Of a DNA stretch of 58,670 nucleotides, positions 36,709 through 47,311 are shown in pieces. The notes beneath the pieces were generated by a model, which had not been told where the DNA came from, made no database searches, and was given only the letters and a program-made list of their open reading frames with translations. Made by a program: the position numbers and the translations under genes. Numbering within the stretch: position 1 is the stretch's first letter; every line of letters begins with the position of its first letter. The DNA is from Atractiella rhizophila (Eukaryota), in NCBI GenBank assembly GCA_021432655.1, contig MU271327.1, positions 32,866 through 91,535 on the forward strand, given 5' to 3'.

Positions 36709-39700
36709 TCACACTTTAAGGAATGCGAAGGCAGCATAAACATCTGTTCCCAAGTCACTCGCTGTTCACATCCTAAAGGAATGTCAAAACGGACCTGAAG
36801 CCTCCTGTTCCGATGGTGATAGATTGAGTGCGTCCCTCATCAAGACCTTCATATTTATGGCTAGCCTTCGAAACTCCGGCACGCCTTTCTCCGCCTTCCA
36901 AACCTCACTGAAGTTGACACGATAGAGGAGCTTCAAACCGAACGATGCCGCCAGTCTGTCGTCTCGTCAGCTTGTACAGAACGCGACGATGGACTGGGAC
37001 GGACTGTTCAAACTGTTCCCAATACACTACGAACTCGGGAACCTCTTCGACGGCGTCCTGAAGGAAGAAGTAGTACTTGTGACCATAGGGATAAGTCTCT
37101 CTAGGAGCTTCGGCCTCCTCGAACGAGATTGTGTAGACGTCATTTCCGTATCTCACAGGTCCACGTCTTTCTCGTCCGTTTTCATCTCTAATATGTGCAC
37201 TGTATTACCGCCCATGACATCAAATCACCAATCAGAAGGCTAGATATGGATCGAAGAACTAACAGGATCTTCCTATCATCAGGAACAGTGCCTAAGAACA
37301 CGCCGCCACTTTCCAAATTGCTGGTCACGTTGGTGAGCATCATCCGCACCTTCGCTTCGCTCTCAAAGGCGTAATGCATGCAGAACTGCATGGACACGGT
37401 GTCGAAAGATGCGTTTCCCTCCTTCAAGAGTGGCGCTATCGGTTCCTGTCACACCACCGCTCATCAACACCACGGATTTGAAGAGCTGATGGAAGGGCGA
37501 ACGGAGAAGCAGTCAAGAGCGAAGAAGTCAGCGTGAAACTTGGGAGGGTTCATCTTGAGCCATCTGTTCCTCGCCTGTTCGACCGACACGCTGGCCAGAT
37601 CTAATATCCCCATTCAATCCATCCATCAATGGCTCCCAATCAGCGACTCTGTTCTGCCTGCGCACCACGGCGGGGAAAGAGAAACGCACCTGCCCCCACC
37701 ATTTTCTCCGATCCCGTCTTCTGCCATTTCAACAAGTCCCCTCCCTTCCCACAGCCCATCTCCAACACCCTCACGCCCTTCCTCGGCTTCCCCACCCCTG
37801 TACAAAACTTATTGATGAGTACTGATTTGACCCAATTATTGTAATTCTTCAATCCAATGATCGGCGAGAAGTTCCTCGCTCCCCTTCCCAGTTCAGGTCG
37901 GGAATCATCTATCAATTTCACGTCAGCTTGCACCTTTCAGTCTCAGGCGAAGAAAAAGAGGGAGAAGGACGGACAATGTTTCATGACCTCACTCACAACC
38001 CCCTCCTCCCTCCTCACCCTCTTCTCCGCCCTCTCTCCCCTCTCCCTCTCCCTCTCCCTCTCCCTCTCCGTCCCCTCCACTTCCGCAATGCCCCTCTTCG
38101 TTCCTCCCACTGCCCACGCGCCCGCCATTCCACTTGGACCGCCCGCACCGCTCGGGAGGAAGCGACTCCAATCCCTGTCCTTGTGCACCCTCAACGGGTT
38201 CCTGCTCTCTGAAAAATGACGCTGCGCTTCAGCGAGCGACAGCGGACGGGTCATGTGTTTCGGTGCTGTGAGACGATGGGGAGCGTAGGGACGGATTGTC
38301 GAGAGTGGATGCGGAGCGGGAGGTGCTGATGACTTTCCGGATGCTGGTGATGGTGATGGTGCTGGTGCTGGTGCTGTTGTTGGCGTTCTTGTTGATGCTG
38401 GTGATGCAAGTGGAGGAGGTGCAGCGATGGCTGGCGGATGGAGAGGTTTGGAAGAGGGGGGAGGAGAACCGTAGTCCAACATTCCCTCTGGAACAGAACT
38501 TTCAGGTTGCTCTTGGCAACGAGAACCCTGGTCCAATGCCCGCTCTGGAGGGGCAGGTTTGACCTGAGGAGGGGGAGAACCGTAATCCAGCATTCCAGAC
38601 GAGAGTCCATAGCCATGTCCGTGAGCTTCCATCCTCTCCTCTTCCTCTTCTACCTTCACACCTATCTCTTCCCTCCCCAACCCCTCATACTCCACCATCC
38701 TATTCCGCTCCACCTCCCCCTCTCGGAACAGCTCAACCCCTCCAGGACCGTCTGACGAAACCTTTGGCAATTCGTATCTCGACCCTCCTCCCATGATGGG
38801 CGAAACATGTGTCGCGCCATCGTCTTCGTGTGACATCGACATCCTAGGAACATTGACCGGGACACCCATGGGCACAATGGGTAAGGGATGGACAGGCTGC
38901 TCGTGCGCATGCAAAAGGTGATCCAAGCTTCCTCTCCTCGCACCACCTGCATGAGGCGGCGACACCGGCCCAACCTGATCCGGATTCGGACCGACATGGG
39001 CCGTCTCCATGGTCGTTGCGGTTGCGATTGCAGCAGGAGGAGGGGGAGGAGAAAGAGGGAACGGGGGATCGGACTTCCTTTCCCTCCTCCGTTCCTCCCG
39101 CCTCCTCTCCCTCCTCTTCTCCTTCTCCTTCTCCTTCGCTAGACTCTTCGCTGTGAATGTGGGCGAGACGGACGATATGGACGGGAGCATGCCTGGGCGA
39201 GGGTTGGACGGTGTGTGGAGGGACATGGTGGGAGGAGGAGGAGGGGAGCGGGATGGAGAGGAACCGGAGCTCAGACCTGACAGGGAGGGAACGGGTGGCC
39301 GGTGTTGTAACGGATACGGGATGTGCGGATGCGAATGCGGATGAGACTGTGGATGGGGTGGAAAGTACGGCGGATGAGGATGTGTCGGTGGAGGGAGAGG
39401 GAGCGGCTCCCTCGTAGCGTACGGAGGGAAGACTGGTGGCAAGTGGGCAGGGTTGACGGTGGGAGGCGAGAGTGGCTGAGGAGGATGAGATTGGAATGCA
39501 TGGTGCGGCGGTTGGATGTGCGGCAGGGGAAGGGGATGAGGACTGCCTCCCCTCCCCGAACTTCCCTGGCTGCCCGATCTTGCCCTGCCAAAGCCAGGCA
39601 TCGTCACATTTGGTGGCGGAGGATACACGTGGCCGGAAAGCGGCGGACTTCCTGGGTGCGGAAGTGCATGGGGAGGTGGATAGGACATCTGCATCGATGG

Positions 39701-40165
39701 CAGGGGAGGAAGCGTCGGCGTCCCCCGCCCTCTGTTGCTCCCACTGCCAGCCGAACGCGGAGGCGGGAACGGATACTCAGTGCCCTCCGTGGTGCTGAAG
39801 CTCCTCCTCCCCTCCATCGTCGACGGTCGCGACACTGATCCTTGCCTCGGGGAACCGGGATGGGGAGAGCCAAAGCCCCACTCTGGATCTGGGAGGGTGC
39901 GATGGCTCTGAGGATGAGCGTGAGCTGGCGGCAAACTGGGGAACGTCACCCCGCCGCTTCCCCTTGGCGCGGTGCCATCGAAGACGGGTCCGGGCGGAGG
40001 GAAGCTCTGTCGTCTGCTGGGGTGCGGTTCCATCGGCGGGAAAGCGTCGGAGAAGGGGTCTGGATGGTGCGAGGACGCGGGGGAGGGAGAGTGTGCGGGT
40101 GGAAGGAGGGAGGACGGGGCTGCGGACGGTGTGGAGAGTGCATCGCGCACCGCATCGAAAGGCAT
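36709..40165 (-). CDS. ABD1: mRNA cap guanine-N7 methyltransferase with a long low-complexity N-terminal extension
   Basis: SPIIGLKNYNNWVKSVLI; VLEMGCGKGGDLLKW; FDTVSMQFCMHYAFESE; GGVFLGTVPD; YYFFLQDAVEEVPEFVV; ends VYAAFAFLKV-stop. First exon is about 730 codons. Confidence 0.93.
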
Positions 40166-40623
40166 GACGATACGTTTTTCGCGACGAATTACTGTGTGGG
40201 ATCAGGAACTTTAACAACTAAGGTTGAAATTTTACCATAGATCTTTAACAACGCGTCTTTGTACCCAGAATACAATGGCTAGCTTGTGCGGATGAGCCGG
40301 GAAACCTCGTAATAGGTCTTCCCTAGACCCCTGTAAGTTCTCAGAGCGAAATCACGTCTCCTTGCTCAGCCACAGCACTCTGATTGAGGAGTACTCATTT
40401 TGGACAAAATGATCATGAGTCTGCTCAAACGGTCGCGATGATCGTTGATGAAGCGGTCGCGCACTTCCTTTTTGGGCCAAATTCTAACGAAGCGCCTCGC
40501 AACCATCCTCCGACCAATTTCCATCATTTACAAGCTTTAGGAGATATTAATACGAGCTGTATATCTAGTGTGAGTCCTTCTTAAGCGCTTAATATCAAAA
40601 TAACTTGGGATAATGACTGTGGG

Positions 40624-41520
40624 TTAGTGCCATTCGTTGGGCATCCCGCCCACTGAGTTCATTGTCCATCCAGAACTGCTGGGGTGGTATTGTGCTGGAT
40701 CAGGGACTGGGGGAGGTGCCGGATACCCGAGATTAAGTGGATAGTGATATTGTTGGTGGAGTGGAATGGCTGTGGTTTGATGGTGATAGGCTTGATGTGG
40801 TGAGTACAGTTGTTGGATTGATGTGAGGCCATCCATGATGGAGAATGGCCGTTTTGCTGCTGGGATGGTGTCGTTGAGGTCATCTTGTGGAAGCATTCGC
40901 TTCCCTGAGGTGCTGGAAACAGCTGGATGGTCTGAAGGGCCAGGTTGTGGTGCTATACTCATGATTAGCCAACATTGTGTCGGATCCATGATCCCTCACC
41001 ACTTCGGTTCTTTTGCATCTCTTCTTTCTCCTTCCGCTTCTCCTCTCTTGCCGTCGCCTTCTCCGCTTTCTCGCGCTCTTTCTCCGCTTTCTTCTTTGCT
41101 GTTTCGAGTTTTTTCCTGACGGTCTCCGCCTTCTTCCTTTCTGCTTCTGCTACTTTATCCTCCGCTGCTTTTTCCGTCACTAACATCTGTTCATAGGCTT
41201 CCGTGCCACTCAAGAGACGGGCTGTTGTCACCAGCTCAGTCCTCTTTCCGGACTTTGTCTTGGATTCGATCGTACCCCGCAGCTGACCAATCTCCCGGCT
41301 CATCATTGCAACTGACGCCCTCAGTATCCCCTCCTCGCGCTGATCCTTCTGACGGACGACATCCATAGCTGAGACTGCTCGGAACAACAACATCGGGTCG
41401 CTTTTACTGGACAGCTTGATTCTCTTGCCATCCTGGTCTTTAAAGATGGTGAGTGGTTGTTTTGGATAGAAGTGATTTGGGTTATGATTAGGATCGAGTA
41501 CCAGATTCTGGGTCCTCCCA
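40624..41520 (-). mobile_element. Possible remnant of a fungal pogo/Fot1-like DNA transposase C-terminal region
   Basis: REIGQLRGTIESKTKSGKRTELVTTARLLSGTEAYEQM followed by a K/E/A coiled coil resembles, from recall only, the tail downstream of DDE_1 domains. No DDE core or TIR seen. Confidence 0.3.
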
Positions 41521-42962
41521 ACCGCCACAACTGCTTGACTGGGACTGAGGACTGCGCCATTCTTGTTCTCCCTCTCCCTCTCCCTTCCCTTAACCATCTC
41601 CTTCGCGACCAACCGCCTCGCTAAGCCCCAAAGCTCCCTATCCTCGACCAATTCACTCTTCGATACAGCTCCACCGTGATTGTGAGAGCGGAAGTGAGCC
41701 ATGAGATAGACGGGCAGGTGCTCGGGTTGCAGTTTCTCCCATCCCAACTTACTCGGCACCCTCAACCGTGGGACCTTCTTCTTCTTCCTCTTATCCTTTC
41801 CTTCAGCAACAGATGTTTTGGATGGAGAGGACGGCTTCCATTCTTGTAAGACGAAGTCCTTGCTGTATCGTTCACGATGCAGTGTCCCAACGAGCAAGTG
41901 GTGCGCTGATTCGGCGTCGAAGGATGGGGATGGGGTTGGAGAGATTGTAGAGACGGAGAGACAGCGCTCCTCCCATTTCGTGGACACTTTGCCTGAGACC
42001 CGGACTGAGGTAAAGAGCTTTAGAGTGGGTGGACGAGATGCCGGTTTCGCAGGTGACGGGGGACGGATGTATGGGTTGGTAGAGGTGGAGGCAACTGTCG
42101 ACGACGCTGGAGGAGGACGTGTTGGTTGGGCTTCAAAGGGCTGAATGCAATTGAGAACGGATGTCCCGTCGTCAACTATCAAGTCGTGAGAGAACATTCG
42201 TCGGAAAGATGGGAATGTTACCCAGATAGGACACCTGTTTCTCTCCCTCTGTCACCCCTACTATCAAGCCTACCAACTCCACCACTACTACCGGCCACCT
42301 TTGCTGAAAGAAGAACAGATCGCGATCTGTCATCAAACCAACAATGGTCAGCCTGACGAATAGCAACAAGCTGAAGAGCTGTGTATGAAACGCAGAGAAA
42401 ACCCACCTCCATAAGCCGCACCAGCTCTATCCAGCGCCTCCACATCCCTAGCCCAACACTTAAAGACCCCCTCTTTCTGTCTCAACCATAAGAGTGTGGC
42501 AGGGAGGTTATCAATCTTTAGTTTCGCTGCGCCTCCTCCTTCCTCCTTCAATTTGCCTTTATTTACAACCGTGTATTCACTTTTAGCTGGTGCATCTGTT
42601 CCTACTTGGAGGCCGGGTCGTAGGAGGGGACGTTGAGCACGGAGGTTCTGTTGAGTTTGAACTTGCACTTGTACAAGCGCAGCGCGGGAAACATAGTGCC
42701 TATTAGCCTTCGTCTCCGTCACTCGTTCCGTGCCCGCATGCGTCTCGTGGGGGTGATATGACCTTTTCTTGAGCGGCGGCTCTTCCGCTCGTTTCGTCCC
42801 TGCAGTAGCGGAGGACACGGAGGTATAGACACGTTTGGAGGAGGAGGCAGAAGGGAGGGTGACAGGATCAAAGAGGGCGGAGGAAGAAGATCGTTTGGAA
42901 GATGGTTTGGCGGATGAGGACGTGTATTGACGCGGTTTGGTGGAAGGAAAGGAGGACATCAT
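40965..42962 (-). CDS. OB-fold ssDNA-binding protein, Stn1 (CST complex)-like; C-terminus apparently foreign
   Basis: Spliced frame gives KCWARDV...DLFFFQQRWPVVVVELVGLIVGVTEGEKQVSYL|VDDGTSVLNC...VRVSGKV...ESAHHL, an Stn1/RPA2-type OB fold. Confidence 0.65.
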
Positions 42963-43158
42963 GCTGCCTGTTCAAAGTTCACGGTGGTAACATCAGACTC
43001 GGAAAGCAAATCTCCACGAATGACTCTGAAATACGCACACCTGTTTATCTGCTCGTCATCGTCATGGAGAGGGCAACACGGCAAAACAAGAAATGGGAGC
43101 AGAGGATATCGCGAGATACAATGACATGACTTTGTATGCGTCACGTGCCCGCAGCAAA

Positions 43159-43164
43159 ACGCGT
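43159..43164. promoter_or_regulatory. MCB (MluI cell-cycle box) ACGCGT in the divergent Stn1-like/PIF1 promoter
   Basis: AAAACGCGTGAA near the middle of the 418-bp intergenic region. Confidence 0.4.
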
Positions 43165-43380
43165 GAACCAAAACACATTTGCAGCACTCCACGCAGCGGC
43201 AAAGGAAGGGGAGAAAGAACCAAGAATTGACATAGAGGCTTCAGGAAATTACTGTAGAGTATCTCTCGGATCAAGGTATTTCAGCTCAAGCTTTCATTTT
43301 CAGGTGAGTTTGTTGTTGTAGTCAGAGCAAGGGGGACTGAGGGTATCACCGTTTGTTGTACACTTCTTAGGAGGAAGACC

Positions 43381-44650
43381 ATGTCGCAGTCTCAATCCAG
43401 GCCGCAAGGAAAGATATCTTCCTTTCAACGCGTCTTCAGCTCCACGAGCCTCTCCCAGTCATCCCAATCCGCGTCCCTGCCCCCAGCATCTCAGAAAAAG
43501 CCCCTTCTTCCCTCGTCTCCAGAGCGATTTATAGAGGAATGGTCTCCTTCTCCACCCCGCAAGAAATCGAAGGCAGAACCACGTATTCCGCTCTCTCCAA
43601 AGTCCAACAAAGTGTCGACGACCTTCGCCTCCACTTCCGATCTTGTGAAGAAAGAGAAGACTGTGAAGAGGGAGGATGCCGTTGCTTTATCGAAGAAACG
43701 GAAGGCGGATGTACCTTGGAATTTGGGAGGTGAAAGGGAAATCAAGAGATCCCGTACCTTTAAAGAGGTGTCGGGCGTGGACGCCTTCGCTAGTGCAAGG
43801 GAGGATGTGAAGAGGAGAGAATCTTTGACGATAAGGCAGAAGGTAGTCCTAAGCCCGCAACAGCAGGATGTGTTGAAGATGGTAGAGGCCGGGGAAAGCG
43901 TGTTCTTCACTGGGTCTGCTGGTGCGTTTCTCTTCGTGTCTGTCTTGAATCGAGAACAGGTGCTGAGTGTTCTATGGTTTGCGTCCCTTTTGCTGGGATA
44001 GGAACGGGAAAGAGTTTATTGTTGAGAGAAATCATCTTCAATCTCAAGAAAAAACATGGCGATAAAGTCGCGATCACGGGCACAACAGGGATGGCAGCCT
44101 GCAATGTTGGTGGTGCGTCACCCTCGTTATCCGGCTATGAAGTGCTTACACCGTTGCGCTTTATAGGAATTACGATTCATTCTTTCGCCGGCATAGGGCT
44201 AGGAGAAGGCAATGCGAGTTTCCTCCTTGGACAAGTGCGAAAGAACAGAAAGGCCAGCTCAAGGTGGTTGAGGAGTAAAGTGCTGATTATTGACGAAGGT
44301 GCGACTTCTTTTCCCTATCTGTACCCTGTTGATGGTTTAGTACGCGATTTCGACATTAGTTTCCATGCTTGAAGGGGATCTGTTTGATAAGCTGGAGTAT
44401 ATAGCGAGCGAGATGAGGAAGAAGATGGGCCATTCTAAACCATTCGGCGGATTGCAGGTTCGTGTCCCTACGTTTCCCTCCAATTATTAACACGAATCGT
44501 CTTAATATATGTCTTGCAGTTGATCATGACTGGAGACTTCTTCCAGCTCCCACCCGTCTCAAAGAACCCGAAGTTCAAATTTTGTTTCGAAGCTGAAAAA
44601 TGGCTAGAAACGATTCAACACACCATCAATTTGACGCAGGTGTTCAGGCA
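43381..44650 (+). CDS. PIF1: Pif1-family DNA helicase, 5' copy (has ATG, truncated after NLTQVFRQ)
   Basis: [53 protein letters not shown]; ends at the A21 tract. Confidence 0.85.
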
Positions 44651-44670
44651 AAAAAAAAAAAAAAAAAAAA

Positions 44671-47005
44671 CTCCACGAGCCTCTCCCAGTCATCCCAATC
44701 CGCGTCCCTGCCCCCCACATCTCAGAAAAAGCCACTTCTTCCCTCGTCTCCTGAACGATTTATAGAGGAATGGTCTCCTTCTCCACCCCGCAAGAAATCG
44801 AAGGCAGAACCACGTATTCCGCTCTCTCCAAAGTCCAACAAAGTCTCGACGACCTTCCCTTCCACTTCCGATCTTGTGAAGAAAGACAAGACTGTGAAGA
44901 AGGAGGATGCTGCTGTTTTGTCGAAGAAACGGAAGGCGGATGCACCCTGGAATTTGGGAGGTGAGAGGGAAATCAAGAGATCCCGTACCTTTAAAGAGGT
45001 GTCGGGCGTGGACGCCTTTACTAGTGCAAGGGAGGATGTGAAGAGGAGGGAATCTTTGACGATAAGGCAGAAGGTAGTCCTAAGCCCGCAACAGCAGGAT
45101 GTGTTGAAGATGGTAGAGGCCGGGGAAAGCGTGTTCTTCACTGGGTCTGCTGGTGCGTTTCTCTTCGTGTCTTTCTTGAATCAAGAACAGGTGCTGAGTG
45201 TTCTATGGTTTGCGTCCCTTTTGCTGGGATAGGAACCGGAAAGAGTTTATTGTTGAGAGAAATCATCTTCAATCTCAAGAAGAAACATGGCGATAAAGTC
45301 GCGATCACGGGTACAACAGGAATGGCAGCCTGCAATGTTGGTGGTACGTCCCCTTAGTTATCCAGCTATTAAGTGCTTACAACGTCACGCCTGACAGGAA
45401 TTACCATTCATTCTTTCGCTGGCATAGGGTTGGGAGAAGGGAACGCGAGTTTCCTCCTTGGACAAGTCCGAAAGAACAGGAAGGCTAGCTCAAGGTGGTT
45501 GAGGAGTAAAGTGCTGATTATTGACGAAGGTGCGACTTCTTTTCCCTGTCTGTACCCTGTTGATGGTTTAGTATGCGATTTCGACATTAGTTTCCATGCT
45601 TGAAGGGGATCTGTTTGATAAGCTGGAGTACATAGCGAGCGAGATGAGGAAGAAGATGGGCCATTCTAAACCATTCGGCGGATTGCAGGTTCGTGTCCCT
45701 ATCTTTCCCTCCAACTATGCACACAAGTCGCGCTAATATATGCCTTGCAGTTGATCATGACTGGAGACTTCTTTCAGCTCCCACCCGTCTCAAAGAACCC
45801 GAAGTTCAAATTTTGTTTCGAAGCTGAAAAATGGCTAGAAACGATTCAACACACAATCAATTTGACGCAGGTGTTCAGGCAAAAGGATACAGGTTGGTCC
45901 TCCTCCATCTTTCAGTTTATAACAACATTGATTTTATTGTGGTAAAAAGACTTCGTCAACATGCTGAACGAGATGCGATACGGTTCCTTATCTGCAAGTA
46001 CCATCACACGCTTCAGACAGCTTGCGCGTCCTCTCTCTTTCTCCGATACGATAGAAGCTACCGAACTCTTCGCCCGTCGTGATGAGGTGGATCGAGCGAA
46101 CCAGCAGCGTCTCGCGGCAATCGAACATCCCATCGTAAAGTACACGGCTGAGGACACAGGGAGCGAATTGGAGGCGACGAGGACGAAGATGCTGGATAAT
46201 ATGATGTGTCCTCGTGTCCTCGAACTCAAACTTGGCGCTCAAGTGATGCTGATCAAGAACATCGCACCGGAGAACGATAACGAGCCTCTAGAACTTGTCA
46301 ATGGGAGTGTGGGGAGGATCGTGGATTTTGTAAATGAAGACGGGGAGAGCGATGACGAGGTAGACGGAATCGACAGGAGCGTGTTTAGACCTGGTGGACC
46401 GGCAGGGAGAAAGAAGGGGAGGTGGGGAGAGAAGTTGCCAAAGGTGCAATTCAAGTTGCCAGGCGGAGGCACAAGGACGTCGGTTGTGAGAAGGGAAGAG
46501 TTCAAGATTGATGATCAAGATGGAAAGACTGTTAAAGCCAAGAGGAGGCAGGTTCGTCCCCCTGTCCTCCCATCGCTAGGTACAGCTCCGAACCTCGAAT
46601 GCTGATGATTATGCGTGGCAGATCCCTCTCATCCTTGCTTGGGCGATGTCCATACATAAGTCTCAAGGACAGACGCTGGATAGAGTCAAAGTCGACCTCG
46701 GAAAGGTGTTCGAAAAAGGTTCGTCCTTAGTGTTTTGTTTTGACCAGCCCATGATGTTGACTTCGACGTGGTACGCACAAAGGTCAATCTTATGTCGCCT
46801 TGAGTAGAGCAACGAGCCTTGAAGGCTTGCAGGTTCTCCGTTTCGATCCTAAGAAGGTATTGGCGCATCCGAAAGTTGTGGAATGGACGAAGAAGATGGT
46901 GGTCTGTCTCTCCCATCCTGTTCTCTTTCTTCCATCCAATGCGCATCATACTCACTTTACAATGATACAATGTAGGAGAACCAAAGCGCCGCTTCCAGCA
47001 CCTAA
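44671..47005 (+). CDS. PIF1: Pif1-family DNA helicase, second copy (lacks first ~20 codons, complete to stop)
   Basis: Repeats 43440-44650, then continues [54 protein letters not shown] at 47003-47005. Confidence 0.9.
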
Positions 47006-47311
47006 TTCCCTAACAAACACCTTGCATGACCGGTTCCTTCGTTTTTATTCATGAGAGCGTTCATCCACCAAATTGCATTGTCTTTCGCCGAAAATTTTCA
47101 AGGTGTAACATATGCTGCAATGTATTGTTTTGGCTGCAGATTATGTCGTCGCACTGCAGCATGACGAATGAGTTGAGCGATCGGACCCAAACTTGAACTT
47201 GAAACAATTTCGAAGGCAAATCATGTACGTGACTAACATACAACTCAAGTACTCACCTCTCGTTCATCTCTTTCATGTGCAATGCAAAAGTTAGGTATGT
47301 ACAAGTGCCGC

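Noticed and set aside
38251..40240. Many overlapping ORFs on both strands
   Set aside because: By-products of the GC-rich, low-complexity first exon of ABD1.
44650..44670. Poly(A) tail of a retrocopy or LINE insertion
   Set aside because: Both PIF1 copies keep their introns, the tract sits mid-exon, and no target-site duplication is visible.
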